Positions 27,119 to 40,409 of a stretch of DNA of 64,000 nucleotides are shown here, piece by piece. Made by a program: the position numbers and the translations under genes. The notes under the pieces were generated by a model. It ran no database searches. It saw nothing but the letters and a program-made list of their open reading frames with translations, and was not told the origin of the DNA. Numbering within the stretch: the stretch's first letter is position 1; every line of letters starts with the position of its first letter. This stretch comes from Octopus bimaculoides (Eukaryota). Where the stretch lies: positions 59,994,476 through 60,058,475 of the forward strand of contig NC_068989.1 in the NCBI RefSeq assembly GCF_001194135.2, given 5' to 3'.

Positions 27119-27694
27119 ACATTTCTAAAATATTTGTCAAAAGAATGTATTTACAGCAACTCACATTTAAGTAAAGGTTAACAGTGACTTTGAAGCTTCG
27201 GCTTCTTCGCCTTCATCTGAAGTTTGAAAGTCACTGTCAATCAGTGCTTTGTAAAAGTTTAACAAATATGTTTAAAAAAAAGGGTAAAAATCCTTCACAT
27301 ACGCCATAGAAACCGGGAAACCGGGCCCATGAACCTGGCTAGGCTTTGAAAGGGCGCATAAATAATAATAAAAAAGAGTGATCTTAGTTGTACAAGTGGT
27401 ATAGATAATACGTTAGTAATATACATGTCAGTATCAAGGCGACGAGCTAGCAGGATCGTTATCCCGCCCGGCATAATGCAGTCAATGGGATGTTCGTTTA
27501 GGACTAACATAGAATACTTCCAGTTTCTTTGCACTACAGGTCTTAAATCGCCCCATTTCAACCATTGAAGTGGTAACATTATTGACTCTCTAATATTTCG
27601 ACGCAGCGGCTTCAATTAACTTACTAAATGCCTAAGAATCAAGCTATTTATTTAAAACATTTTCTCGCTAATATTTAGTTAATTTGATTTTCAC

Positions 27695-27892
27695 GACGGC
27701 GAGCTGACAGAGTCGTAGCACGCCGGGAAAAATGCTTTGGGGATTTCGACCGTCTTAACGTTCCGAGTTCAAATTCTTTGTCTTTCATCCTTTCGTAGTC
27801 GATAAAATGGGCATCATCTAAGCACTGAGGGTCGATTTAATTGAAATGGCCCCTCCCCGAACTTGTTGGCCTTGCGCTAAAATTTGAAACCA
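27695..27892 (+). mobile_element. SINE family C, diverged
   Basis: GACGGCGAGCTGACAGAG...GAGTTCAAATTC...TTTCATCCTTTCGTAGTCGATAAAAT. Confidence 0.8.
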
Positions 27893-28310
27893 AATATCTA
27901 TTTTAATTGTAATTTAACTTTACTCTCATTAAACTGCATTTTATAATTTTTTAATTTACTTTTTTTATTTTTGACCCACTCATCCTGTGTTTCCCACCTG
28001 CCATTCTATTGCAGAGTTGAGGGTTACTGGCAAATGTTTTTGTGCATGTCCGGACATTTTTTTTCGCCGTCCTCTCCTCTCATCTTTTCCCTCTCCATCC
28101 GATTTTAACTCCATCCATATGAATGACAACTCATTATCTTTACCAATATCACAACTAATCGATGAGTTTTACTGCCCATCACTAAACTAAGGCGCTACAA
28201 CTCTTCTACCACGGGGTTCTTAAATTAGCGTTTATTTGATTCTCTATTTTCAAAACACTCCGCTATCATCATCATCATCATCATCATCACCATCATCATC
28301 ACCATCATCA

Positions 28311-28489
28311 AGCATGGTTGTGTGTTAAGAAGGTCGTTTCCCAGCCACATGATTCTGGGTTCAGTTCCATTGCGTGGCACCTTGGGCAAGTGCCTTCAAC
28401 TATACCCCCGGGCCAGCCAAAGCCTTATGAGTGGATTGTGTAGACGGAAACTGAAAGAAGCCCGTCCTATATATATATATATGCATGCA

Positions 28490-28530
<41 letters not shown>

Positions 28531-28770
28531 GTGTGTATGCGCACGCGCATGTTTGTGTCTATGTTTGTCCCCTACCACCGCTTGACAACCGGTGTTGTTG
28601 TGTTTTTATATCAGTAACATAGCGGTTCGGCAATAGAGACCGATAGAATTAGTACTAGGCTTAAAAATAAGTACTGTGGTCGATTCACTCAAGTAAAATT
28701 TCCTCAAGGCGGTGCCTCAGCATGGCTGCAGTCTAATGACTGAAACAAGCGAATGATAAAAGATAAACGT
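28311..28770 (+). mobile_element. SINE family A, diverged, preceded by (CAT)n
   Basis: GCGTGGCACCTTGGGCAAGTG...GACGGAAACTGAAAGAAGCCCG...TAATGACTGAAACAAG. Confidence 0.85.
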
Positions 28771-30059
28771 GGAAGATAATAATTATTACTGCTCTTACCG
28801 TGATTTTTATTCCTGGGGTTTGTTCCTTAACGGTCTTGGAAGTATTCTATGGCAGTCCGAAATAAGTTCATTAGTACTGCTAGGATTCAATTATGTAATC
28901 AAGGAAGCTGTATAAGTGTGTATATATATATATATATATAATATATATCTGTGTGCGTGTGTGTGTGTGTGTATATATACACACACACATGCATGTATAA
29001 ACTTATATACAGATGCACACATATACAAAAAAAACAAAACAAAACAAAACGGAAATTAGAGCAGTGCATCCTTTTTCGATGACAATTTTTGGTTATTTCG
29101 AATATGAAAAATCCCATTATTCGATCTAATGTCTTGTTTTATTTAAAGTATTTGTTTGTTAAATTTCTTCAAAGATAAATTGTGTGTTTTTGTCAAAAGA
29201 CTCTTTAGAGAAATGAAGTATGCAAATGTGAAGGTCTTTTTTTGTTTCACGGCGTCATTAGCATTAATTAACTTGTTTTTATGAAAAGTTGCCAGAGAAC
29301 ATTGCTCCTGAGTTCATATCAAAGTAGATATTGATTGTTGATGATTAACTAGTGACGCTTGCAATTATATTTCATTGGAATAACTGGCACCCTCTAAAAA
29401 AAAACAACAAAAGCAACTAAGAATAAACAATGAAATCAATAATAAAATATAGAACTATTTGGAGCCGAATCTATCTAAAGATTAATAGTGTTGATTAGAA
29501 AATAGAAAAAATTATTCAAAAGGTTATCAGTTTCGTAGAGTTGGTTGACATAATCTAAACAAGGAAGAGTAAAGCGTATGAATGCTGTCTGGAAAGATTT
29601 TATGGTAAATAAACTTATCACAGAAAACTATGTGGAAGCGAGGCTTTAAGGAACAGAAGGACTTAAAAGAAGGAAAAAGGAGAAAGTTAGCTTGTATATT
29701 TATTGGTATTTCAGTTATTGTTTCGAAAACAGAAAAAAAACTGATCGAAACAAATTTTACATAACAAAATTTACCTAAATACGAATGAATACATGCATAT
29801 TTACAAATGTACAGCAGGGGTCGAACAGTCACAGTTGAAGGCTTCTTTGGGCTGTCTCCTGACAAATTCGCCCCGATTCGCCCCGAGGTAAGTGGTTGGT
29901 TGAATGATGATTCATTGGAGATGATGACATTGTTCTACTGAGCCATTCACCACTTCTAAATGTCTAGACACCATTTTTGCCGCGTAGCAATGTTCATAGG
30001 GGACAAGGGAGGTTTAGCAGTTGCAGCTCTCCCATAGTATCCTGCTTAATAGAGCACAA

Positions 30060-30240
30060 GACGAACGGTTTTAGGTGACAGGGGATTGGAAAAATAGTGG
30101 TTTAGCTCTACTGGCAGTTTTTCTGCCATAGTTTGACCGTTATTAGACATAGTATTTTTCTTGATTCTGCAACCCCACTGTAAGTTCTGTCTTCCATTAA
30201 GGATTATGTTTGCTAGAGCTGATTTTGCCATGGTTTCAAC
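30060..30240 (-). mobile_element. RTE-clade LINE, C-terminal coding relic
   Basis: Minus strand SALANIILNGR..W..RIKK.. resembles the RTE C-terminal motif SLAxxILQGxxEGxRxRGRPxxxW. Confidence 0.45.
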
Positions 30241-30252
30241 TCTCTCTATCTA

Positions 30253-30285
<33 letters not shown>

Positions 30286-31334
30286 NNNNNNNNNNNNNNN
30301 NNNNNNNNNNNNNNNNNNNNNNNNNNNNNNNNNNNNNNNNNNNNNNNNNNNNNNNNNNNNNNNNNNNNNNNNNNNNNNNNNNNNNNNNNNNNNNNNNNNN
30401 NNNNNNNNNNNNNNNNNNNNCACACACACACACACACACACACCCATCATATAATATATGACAGCAAACTAAAGTAGTGGTCGTATGAAAATTTAGCCTC
30501 GAGCCAATAAATAGAAACCTACGTGCTCAATATTTTTTCTCATTCTATATATAATGGTAGCATATTTTAAACATATGGAATTAATACTACGACAATAGGT
30601 ATAATAAGTTCATATTGAGCTGATGTAACATTTTAATACGTTTTTGTATTAATATTACTGACAATTCGATAAATAAAACATGTTTCCGAGATGATATTAT
30701 TTATATCTAACATTTCCAGTCTCTTTATTGTCAAGGATTAATTCAGAGATCACGTATAAAAAAGTGTCTAGAGAATGTCTTTTGAAATAGATTTCAAAAG
30801 TTGAAATGAAAGTAAAATTTAGAAAGTTAATGCAACATACTTATGACTAGTTTTGAGCTATGAGAGACTGTGTCAAGTTTTGCGGCGTATTCAATGAACA
30901 GCTATTCATTGCAGCTTTTCATTACAGTTTCCGCAATGACGCTAGCATATTAAAAGACATTTCATAATTTATGTTGTTTTTGTGTCTTCATGTCTAATGT
31001 AGTTTAATACTTCATTTTGAAATGGAATGTTACAGAGTTTTTCTTTAAAAAGTGCCTTGCAGTAGATGTCTTGTTTCTGCAGTATTGTTATGAATTTTGC
31101 AATTTCTGCATAAACATTTAAAAGAAACTGTGAAGTAAACATTTTAAAGTAACTGACAACACTTAGTTACACGTCAGTTTTCAGATTTGCGGTCGTTTTT
31201 CTGGCGACCTTTTTGTTTAACGGGCACAACAGCACACGTATTGCATCGATATTTTCTGTTGATCATGCTAAATGGAAGAAGTAAAACTTTGTTACAGATA
31301 TTGCTGTCCGTTATTCAAAATTATTAATATCAAT

Positions 31335-31389
<55 letters not shown>

Positions 31390-32089
31390 AGACATTTAGG
31401 TTTGGTTCTTGTTAAGGTATGTATTATAACTATATTGTTTGAGTGATTGCTATAAAGTTATTAATGACGTCGAATTATCAAAACTAGAATTCAGCTAGTA
31501 TAAACTATTGTCTCCTACTTCCAGTCCATGAATTTATTCATGAATGTATAGAAAATATAAATTCGCTCAATAGAGGAAATGCAGATGGATTTCTTGTACT
31601 ATAATCAAAGAATGATAAAATATATTCGCTTGCTGTCGATAAATTAATTTGGCGGTGACAAGCCTGATCGACAAGATAAAATTAATGTTATATATAAAAG
31701 GCTTTCAGGTGGACGTAAGAACATTATAGGCTTGGAAAATTCAAATGTTTTTGAATATAGAAATGAACTCAACATTCTACAAGTAATGTTAATTAAGTGT
31801 GAGTGTGTGTGTATGTGTGTGTGTGTATGTGTGTATGTATGTATGTATGTATGTATGTATGTATGTATGTATGTATGTATGTTATCAATCAGTTTCATTT
31901 CTGTATTTCTTGTCTATAGAGAAAGAGCCGGACTCTAACATAGACTCAAGGCTCCTTCATTGGAACTTTTATCAACATCATCTAGGTATTTGTGTATATG
32001 TGTGTGTGCAGTATTTGGTGTTAGTGTATGCGCAGATTTGTATGTTTGTTTTATGGATGCGTTTTTATGTATATATTTTCATGTCTAGA

Positions 32090-32604
32090 TGCATGCGTAT
32101 GTATTTATGTGCTACATTTTTGGAAAGTTTTACATATCCTTACAGTTCCAGTGATGGCTTGAATCTGTAAACTTCTAATCAGCCTTTTTCTTTCAGGTTT
32201 TGAGACCCTAATTTTTCCAGGTTTTTGTTGAGGCAGTTCCTTACATATCCCAATGCCCCAACAATCACGGGTATGAATCTGAACTTGTAGTCTGGGTGGA
32301 GTATCTGCAAATTTCTCAGTAGCTCGGCGTAGTTGTTCTCTTTTTCTCTAATCTTTAGCGTGATGTTGACATCCGCAGGACAGCTGATTTCTACTACTGT
32401 ACATAGTTTCTCTTCTCTGTCCCAGATTACTATATCCGGTCTATTATGTCTGCACTTTATTGAGGTTTTTATTGGGACATTCCACGAATACTCTTTCATA
32501 TTGTGAGTGGTAATGGCCTCTACCTTATTATGGGTTTTCATCTCCTTAGCCCCGGGGTTATCCTGTCGGCGGATTTCATTGTACAGTGTCTTGGCCACAA
32601 CATC
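32090..32604 (-). mobile_element. Non-LTR retrotransposon 3' end with restriction-like endonuclease (R4/Dong/NeSL-type)
   Basis: HNRPDIVIWDREEKLCTVVEISCPADVNITLKIREKENNYAEL...IPVIVGALG is a PD-(D/E)xK REL domain; a frameshifted LQIQAITGTVRICKTFQK C-terminus follows; the 5' part runs into a gap. Confidence 0.88.
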
Positions 32605-33038
32605 NNNNNNNNNNNNNNNNNNNNNNNNNNNNNNNNNNNNNNNNNNNNNNNNNNNNNNNNNNNNNNNNNNNNNNNNNNNNNNNNNNNNNNNNNNNNNNNN
32701 NNNNNNNNNNNNNNNNNNNNNNNNNNNNNNNNNNNNNNNNNNNNNNNNNNNNNNNNNNNNNNNNNNNNNNNNNNNNNNNNNNNNNNNNNNNNNNNNNNNN
32801 NNNNNNNNNNNNNNNNNNNNNNNNNNNNNNNNNNNNNNNNNNNNNNNNNNNNNNNNNNNNNNNNNNNNNNNNNNNNNNNNNNNNNNNNNNNNNNNNNNNN
32901 NNNNNNNNNNNNNNNNNNNNNNNNNNNNNNNNNNNNNNNNNNNNNNNNNNNNNNNNNNNNNNNNNNNNNNNNNNNNNNNNNNNNNNNNNNNNNNNNNNNN
33001 NNNNNNNNNNNNNNNNNNNNNNNNNNNNNNNNNNNNNN

Positions 33039-33085
<47 letters not shown>

Positions 33086-33089
33086 TATA

Positions 33090-34320
33090 TAAGCTGACTA
33101 GGAAGGAGAGATGCTAGAACTGTGAAATCTTGCATTCATTAATTTCAGCTATTCTTATTAGTAACAGCATTGTTTTTGCCCAGCCAAATTAGCATCTGAT
33201 TGTTCAATGAAGACTTCAAAAGTAACTGGTAGTAACTTCTCTTGAATGGGCAGAATTTGGCATCGTGCATTTATCAAGTACCTGCAGAAAGAAGATTCTG
33301 TAGCCCCCTAGGACATTCCTGTTGACATGGTTCCTACATTAGAGGATGACGCTCCAGCTTTATCGACAATGCAAAAGTGGGTAGCTGAATTTAGGAGAGA
33401 AAGGGAGAGTCTTGAAGATGACCCAAAGTCTAGACGTCTTCCAACTCCACCACCGAGGAGAACATTGATCATGTACACCACATGGTGGTGGATGACTGGT
33501 GATTGACTATATATCAAATAGCCAATGCTATTTGCATATCCCGTGAAAGAGCTGACAATACTCTGCACAGGGAACTTGGCATGACGAAGATTTCTGTTTG
33601 GTGGATGCCACCTCTACTGCCACCTGATCAAAAGCGCACCAGGCTAATCACGGGAAAATCTGACATTGCTTGAGATAGACCCTGCTGTTTTCTATGCCAG
33701 GATGAATGTTGGCTTCATCACTTTGCATTAGAGACAGAGAGACAATCCATGCAGTGAAAACACCCCAAAGAAAGCCAAAGTAGTTTCATCTGCAGGGAAG
33801 GTGATGGCCTCAGCTTTTTGGGATACAAAAGGCGTTGTGGTTACTGACTATTTTCAAGAAAGAGTAACGCCGTCTATAGAGAGTACTATGTCAACTTGCT
33901 GAGACAGTTAGGAAAGGAAGGGGTCTTATTTCATCAGGATAACGCTCCATCACACAAGGCCTTGGTTTCAATGATCGTTGCGCGTGACCGTGGCTTTGAA
34001 TTAGTTGATCACACTTCATATTTTCCTGATTTGGTCCCATCTGACTATCATTTGTTCCTAAAATGAAAAAGCTCTTGTCTGGGAACTAGTATCGCAGTGA
34101 TGATGACGTCATATATCATGTTGATGACGTCATATATCATGTTGATGACTTTTTTGAGGAATAGGATGAACGCTTCTTCACCAAAATAGCATCCAAGCAC
34201 TGCAACACCGATGGAAGAAGTGTGTAGACGCAAGGGGGACTATGTTGAAAAGTAAATCCCATTTAGTCACATTTGATGAGAACATCTTGGTTAGCCTATG
34301 GACTTTACAGCCGACGCTCA
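33090..34320 (+). mobile_element. Mariner element with transposase pseudogene
   Basis: HRAFIKYL..KWVAEFRRERESLEDDPKS; FHQDNAPSH; PYFPDLVPSDYHLF; WKKCVDARGDYVEK*; many lesions; 5' TIR eroded. Confidence 0.88.
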
Positions 34321-34644
34321 TTTCGTTTCTTCTTCTCGTTCTATTTTTTGCACCAACGATCTTCATGTTTTTCCACGTTTTTTCTTATTTTCTTACTGCC
34401 GAATAATTGTTTTTTTAAAAATTGTATATAATCTATAAACAGACCCTGAAAGATTACTTTAAAATACATGGCGTATTTTATAAATATGGTTGTTCAAGTA
34501 TCATAATAGCATGAAACTGTTAATAGCTCTTTCGGTTATGTATTNNNNNNNNNNNNNNNNNNNNNNNNNNNNNNNNNNNNNNNNNNNNNNNNNNNNNNNN
34601 NNNNNNNNNNNNNNNNNNNNNNNNNNNNNNNNNNNNNNNNNNNN

Positions 34645-34870
34645 TTCTGCTATAGCCTCAGACCAACCAAAACCTTGTGAGTGGATTTTGTAGACAGAAA
34701 CTGAAAGAAATCAATCATACATATATGTATGTTTCTATGTAAGTGTATGTGTATGTCTATGTCTTTGTGTTTCTCCCTCACCACTGCTTCACAACTGCTG
34801 TTCATTTATTTACATTCCCATAACTTACTGGTTTGACAAGAAGAAGCTGTTACAATAAATACCAGGCTTA
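34645..34870 (+). mobile_element. SINE family A, 3' part (5' end in gap)
   Basis: CTATAGCCTCAGACCAACCAAAACCTTGTGAGTGGATTTTGTAGACAGAAACTGAAAGAA. Confidence 0.75.
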
Positions 34871-34954
34871 TCAAAATAAAAATAATCACTAGGCAGTGTC
34901 TCATATTTTTGTTTGTCCACTCAGTTGTATCTATCAATCTATCTTTGTGTGTGT

Positions 34955-35014
<60 letters not shown>

Positions 35015-35073
35015 GATACACACACACATATGATACACACACACATACATGTATGTATATGTGCATATTCATA

Positions 35074-36752
35074 TCTATTGTATAAAAGTCAACGTCTTTA
35101 TGTGTGTTTGCGTGTTACTTATACATTCGAAAACTACTGCGCCGATCCTAATAAAATTTGGAACACAAAATCCAAGCCTAAGGAAAAGGGTAATGCTGTG
35201 TTTCATACAATTTCATGCACCAAAATTACTGAATGGATCCTTATGATATTTGGAACTTAGATTCAATGCATAAGGACAGGTATAATGCAGCATGTTTGGT
35301 TTGAATTTGAGATGGTTTAAAGGGGGCAGAACCCCATAAAAATTCATAAATTTTTGATGTTGACGAAATTTCAACCATGGGTAATTGACACACATCAAAA
35401 AATATTCTCAAAGTTTCTACTTCTCATGAGGATTCTAAGACCCCCTAATGGGGACCTTAACTCCCAAATTTTAGTCATTTTTTATGATCCAAAACTAGGT
35501 CAAAAGTACTGAATGGAACTTTATGAAGTTTGAAATTATAATCTATGCATAAGGGCCATAAACCTCATGAAAATTCATATATTTTTGCTGTTGATGAAAT
35601 TTTAACCATAAATAGTAGACACAAATGAAGTAATATTTCTAAAATTTCATCTTCTTAGAAGTTACAAAGACTCTTTCATGGGGACTTAACACCTACAATT
35701 TAGTCATTTTATTTAAGCAAAGACGAATACAGTTGCACTCTTGGAAGCTGTAAGGTCACCCGAGCATAAAAGATGAGCGTTATTTGTAATTCAATGGTAC
35801 AACAGTGTCAGAGTTTGCTTTGAAATATACTTACATTGTGATTTCTGCAATGTGGTGCATAAATTGTCAAATAAATGAGAGGCATCTTTGCCTCCACTGA
35901 TTCAGTTGCAAAGTGTTGAGCAAAGTCATTTGGCTGCAGACCTCTTTTGAGACTTTTTATTTATCACTGGGTCACACATAGTCCCTCGATGTAACATTGA
36001 TTTCAAGGCTTTCTCAGATGAGTGACTGGTTATTGAAAGACATTTATAGATTGTAAATCTATTCTGCCCAGTTACCTATCAATATAGTAGTCATTTGCAA
36101 ACTCCAGAGGTGACACTTTCATTTCCCTTTATCCCTCACGTTACACAGTTGTTAATGTTTGAGTTGGGTCATGCCCTTCCAATTGCTATAGATCTTTAAT
36201 TCATCTTACAGCTGTGCCTGTCACCTGTATGGTGAGTAATCCTACATTGGGGAGTAGTAACGACTAGGATAGTGTAGCTGACTGCTTATTGTGATCATTC
36301 AACTTTTGGTTTCCTGCAGGTTTGCTCTCTTTTACAAACCCAGTGAACATACACATATTTCCTATTTCAAAGAAATTCGAACAATACATATAAGACCCCA
36401 AGTTAAAAAGATTCTCAACAATTCAACTTCTCTGGTTTACATTAAGATACCCACCCCCAATAGGAGCCTTAACTTCCACATTTTAGAGCTCCATGACCTC
36501 CAGTTTTCAGGAGCAAAATCCTTTTAACAGGTTCCATAAGACTGGAATTTTGAAATCTGCACATACAGATCAGTAGTATGGGATACAGGTGTGATTAGAA
36601 TTTTTTAGGGTGTGTAAAGAGGGAAAGAACCCTCATCTGCAATTTTGAGGAAATTCGAATCATAGGTATTCCAGTTCATTAGAGAAAATATAACAGAAAA
36701 GTCTAATTCTTCAATTGCATGTAACACGAGCAACGCCGGGTATCTCTGCTAG
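35074..36752 (+). mobile_element. Non-autonomous Helitron-like element with internal repeats and cargo
   Basis: A|TCTATTGTATAAAA start; GAGCAACGCCGGGTATCTCTGCTAG|T end shared with 4238-4265; internal ~250-bp unit repeated (35215-35480, 35497-35710, remnant near 36440-36490). Confidence 0.6.
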
Positions 36753-36833
<81 letters not shown>

Positions 36834-38218
36834 CTATCTATCTATCTATGCATCCACATGAAGAGGACAATAGTTACTTCTGACATCTACTTCTTAACTA
36901 GTTTAGTTGCAGAAAGTGACTTATTCAAACATATTTTCTTTCCTAGATGTGATGTCATTCATTTCGCAGACAATTATGCCAAAAGAAAGTTTAATTGCAT
37001 CTGTAAATATAAAGAAGGAAATAAACATATTTATCCTTCGACCCGATATAGGACTAATAAATAAAGTGTCGCCAGCCACTGTATGAAGCAGCTATCAAAT
37101 CTGACATTTCTATGAAATCCGATAAAAAACTAACTTAAAATAAGTCCTATAAAGAAAGAGGAATTGTATAAAAACATTTCAAAACATGATATATAAACTC
37201 GAGAAAAGTAAAAAAGAGAAGTGATATAACATTTTTTTCTTCCTATTAGACTTAAAAATCAATAAGCCGCTAACATCCAACCTTTTTCTTGACAGAAGAA
37301 AGAATAAATACTTCCTTTTTTTCTGTTTGTAATAAGGTGTTCTGCCTCTTGACACTTTTTAATTGAAAATATTTTGCAAGGCTATCAACGTCATTCTTGA
37401 GTGCTGAATTCTGGGTTGGTGGTCTGGGACATTTTACTAAATAAATACTTATTTAGTTCCACAATTCATCATAATATTAACCAACTAAATCATTCAAAAG
37501 TAGATCCAAATTGGCATCAATGTCAATAGGTCTACAAATCATTTTTTGTTACTTTTTATTTCTCAGAATTGATAAATAAAATAATAAAAAAAATTCCATA
37601 TTCAGATGGAAAATTTCCCCCTTTTTCTTTTCCACATATAGCCAATCAGAATATTTGAACTTAGCCATACAAATTGATGAAATATTTATGCACTAAAGTG
37701 GAATTTAAATAATTTGATAGGTAACATAAATACGAGAAATTTAGCAAAAAAAAATTTTCTTATCTAGTTTGAAAATTTTTGAAAATAATTAACTGTCTAG
37801 AGTTAAAAATAAAAGTTTAAATTTTCTCTGTCATCAACTAAAATGTAATGAATGAAATATTTATAATAAAATAAAATATTTGAAATCTATAAATCTTTTA
37901 TCACAAATATAGTGAAAACATTTAATTAGGCCTCGCAACAGGGAATAAAAATTAGTTCTTTGTCTGACGTTAAATAATATAAATTCATTGCGCTTCTCAA
38001 ATACAGATAATAGGGTTGATATAAACACATTTCACAAGAGAATCAAAACAAAAACAATGTTCTTTTTTTAAAATTTTTACTGAAAAAAGTTTATTTGCGT
38101 GAGGTGAAGGAGAATTGAAAATTTCCTTTCTGTATTTAACCACACCAAAATTATTATAAAAGAAAGTTATGCTCTAATCATGCTTATAATTACGGGAATT
38201 CTGTGTAGAATATTATAT

Positions 38219-38596
38219 TGTTGGCACTCCGTCGCATACGACGTCGAGGGTTCCAGTTGATCCGATCAACGGAACAGCCTGCTCGTGAAATTAACGTGCA
38301 AGTGGCTGAGCACTCCACAGACACGTGTACCCTTAACGTAGTTCTCGGGGAGATTCAGCGTGACACAGAGTGTGACAAGGCTGGTCCTTTGAATTACAGG
38401 CACAACAGAAACAGGAAGTAAGAGAAAGTTGTGGTGGAAGAGTACAGCAGGGTTCGCCACCATCCCCTGCCGGAGCCACGTGGAACTTTAGGTGTTTTCG
38501 CTCAATAAACACTCACAACGCCTTGTCTGGGAATCGAAACCGCCATCCTGTGACCGCGAGTCCGCTGCCCTAACCACTGGGCCATTGCGCCTCCAC
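38219..38596 (-). mobile_element. SINE family B, full length with 14-bp TSD
   Basis: Reverse complement of 17591-17979; TSD GTAGAATATTATAT at 38205-38218 and 38597-38610. Confidence 0.95.
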
Positions 38597-39265
38597 GTAG
38601 AATATTATATACTTATTTGAACTGTAGAGTAAGTTATTAGTTTTTTTTATTATTTTGAGTGGGATAGAAGGTATTATTGTCTGGAGTGTAATGTAATACT
38701 TTTAATGGCTGTAATGCATTATTTCTGATATTAAAAACTGAGGCTCTATGATTGGTCGAAATCAACACCAATTACAGCCCAGATATATTTCAGCATCTTT
38801 GCCGTTTATCATGAAACAAAAAAAAAACTCACCAATTACAAAATTAAACTTTGTGTTTAAGTACAACATAATATACATTGATCTTTATACTAATCACAGC
38901 AGTAGATCAGTTAATTGTTGACTGTCACTCTATCCTACTTTTATTTTATTTCAAATTCATGTAAACTAAACACACTTTCTGATTTCACTTTCGTTTAAAA
39001 CAGTTTATTACTTCAACACTGCAAGCCCACAAAGAATATAAATACATATTACTATACACCAAGTTTCACATGGTTTGATTATTTCTTCAATGCAAATTAG
39101 GATAAGCCTAGATCCTTGGTTTATAAGATTAATGATTATAATAAAAAAAATTCCTAATTAGTTGTCATCTGTTCACTCTTTTATTTCAGTTTATATATTA
39201 AGGAAACACACACACATACATATATAGACACGTAGATACTAACTCGTGCACAGGCACATGCATAT

Positions 39266-39297
<32 letters not shown>

Positions 39298-40294
39298 NNN
39301 NNNNNNNNNNNNNNNNNNNNNNNNNNNNNNNNNNNNNNNNNNNNNNNNNNNNNNNNNNNNNNNNNNNNNNNNNNNNNNNNNNNNNNNNNNNNNNNNNNNN
39401 NNNNNNNNNNNNNNNNNNNNNNNNNNNNNNNNNNNNNNNNNNNNNNNNNNNNNNNNNNNNNNNNNNNNNNNNNNNNNNNNNNNNNNNNNNNNNNNNNNNN
39501 NNNNNNNNNNNNNNNNNNNNNNNNNNNNNNNNNNNNNNNNNNNNNNNNNNNNNNNNNNNNNNNNNNNNNNNNNNNNNNNNNNNNNNNNNNNNNNNNNNNN
39601 NNNNNNNNNNNNNNNNNNNNNNNNNNNNNNNNNNNNNNNNNNNNNNNNNNNNNNNNNNNNNNNNNNNNNNNNNNNNNNNNNNNNNNNNNNNNNNNNNNNN
39701 NNNNNNNNNNNNNNNNNNNNNNNNNNNNNNNNNNNNNNNNNNNNNNNNNNNNNNNNNNNNNNNNNNNNNNNNNNNNNNNNNNNNNNNNNNNNNNNNNNNN
39801 NNNNNNNNNNNNNNNNNNNNNNNNNNNNNNNNNNNNNNNNNNNNNNNNNNNNNNNNNNNNNNNNNNNNNNNNNNNNNNNNNNNNNNNNNNNNNNNNNNNN
39901 NNNNNNNNNNNNNNNNNNNNNNNNNNNNNNNNNNNNNNNNNNNNNNNNNNNNNNNNNNNNNNNNNNNNNNNNNNNNNNNNNNNNNNNNNNNNNNNNNNNN
40001 NNNNNNNNNNNNNNNNNNNNNNNNNNNNNNNNNNNNNNNNNNNNNNNNNNNNNNNNNNNNNNNNNNNNNNNNNNNNNNNNNNNNNNNNNNNNNNNNNNNN
40101 NNNNNNNNNNNNNNNNNNNNNNNNNNNNNNNNNNNNNNNNNNNNNNNNNNNNNNNNNNNNNNNNNNNNNNNNNNNNNNNNNNNNNNNNNNNNNNNNNNNN
40201 NNNNNNNNNNNNNNNNNNNNNNNNNNNNNNNNNNNNNNNNNNNNNNNNNNNNNNNNNNNNNNNNNNNNNNNNNNNNNNNNNNNNNNNNNNNNNN

Positions 40295-40348
<54 letters not shown>

Positions 40349-40409
40349 TGTGTGTGTGTATAATAAATTAAAAAGGGTGGCTTATTAGTAATTAGAATCT
40401 AAAGGCAAA

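Noticed and set aside
31919-31984. 66-bp exon-like cassette (EKEPDSNIDSRLLHWNFYQHHL) with AG/GT ends
   Set aside because: It is contiguous, across a microsatellite, with a LINE-like relic at 31640-31790 and has no independent support; it is probably part of a repeat.
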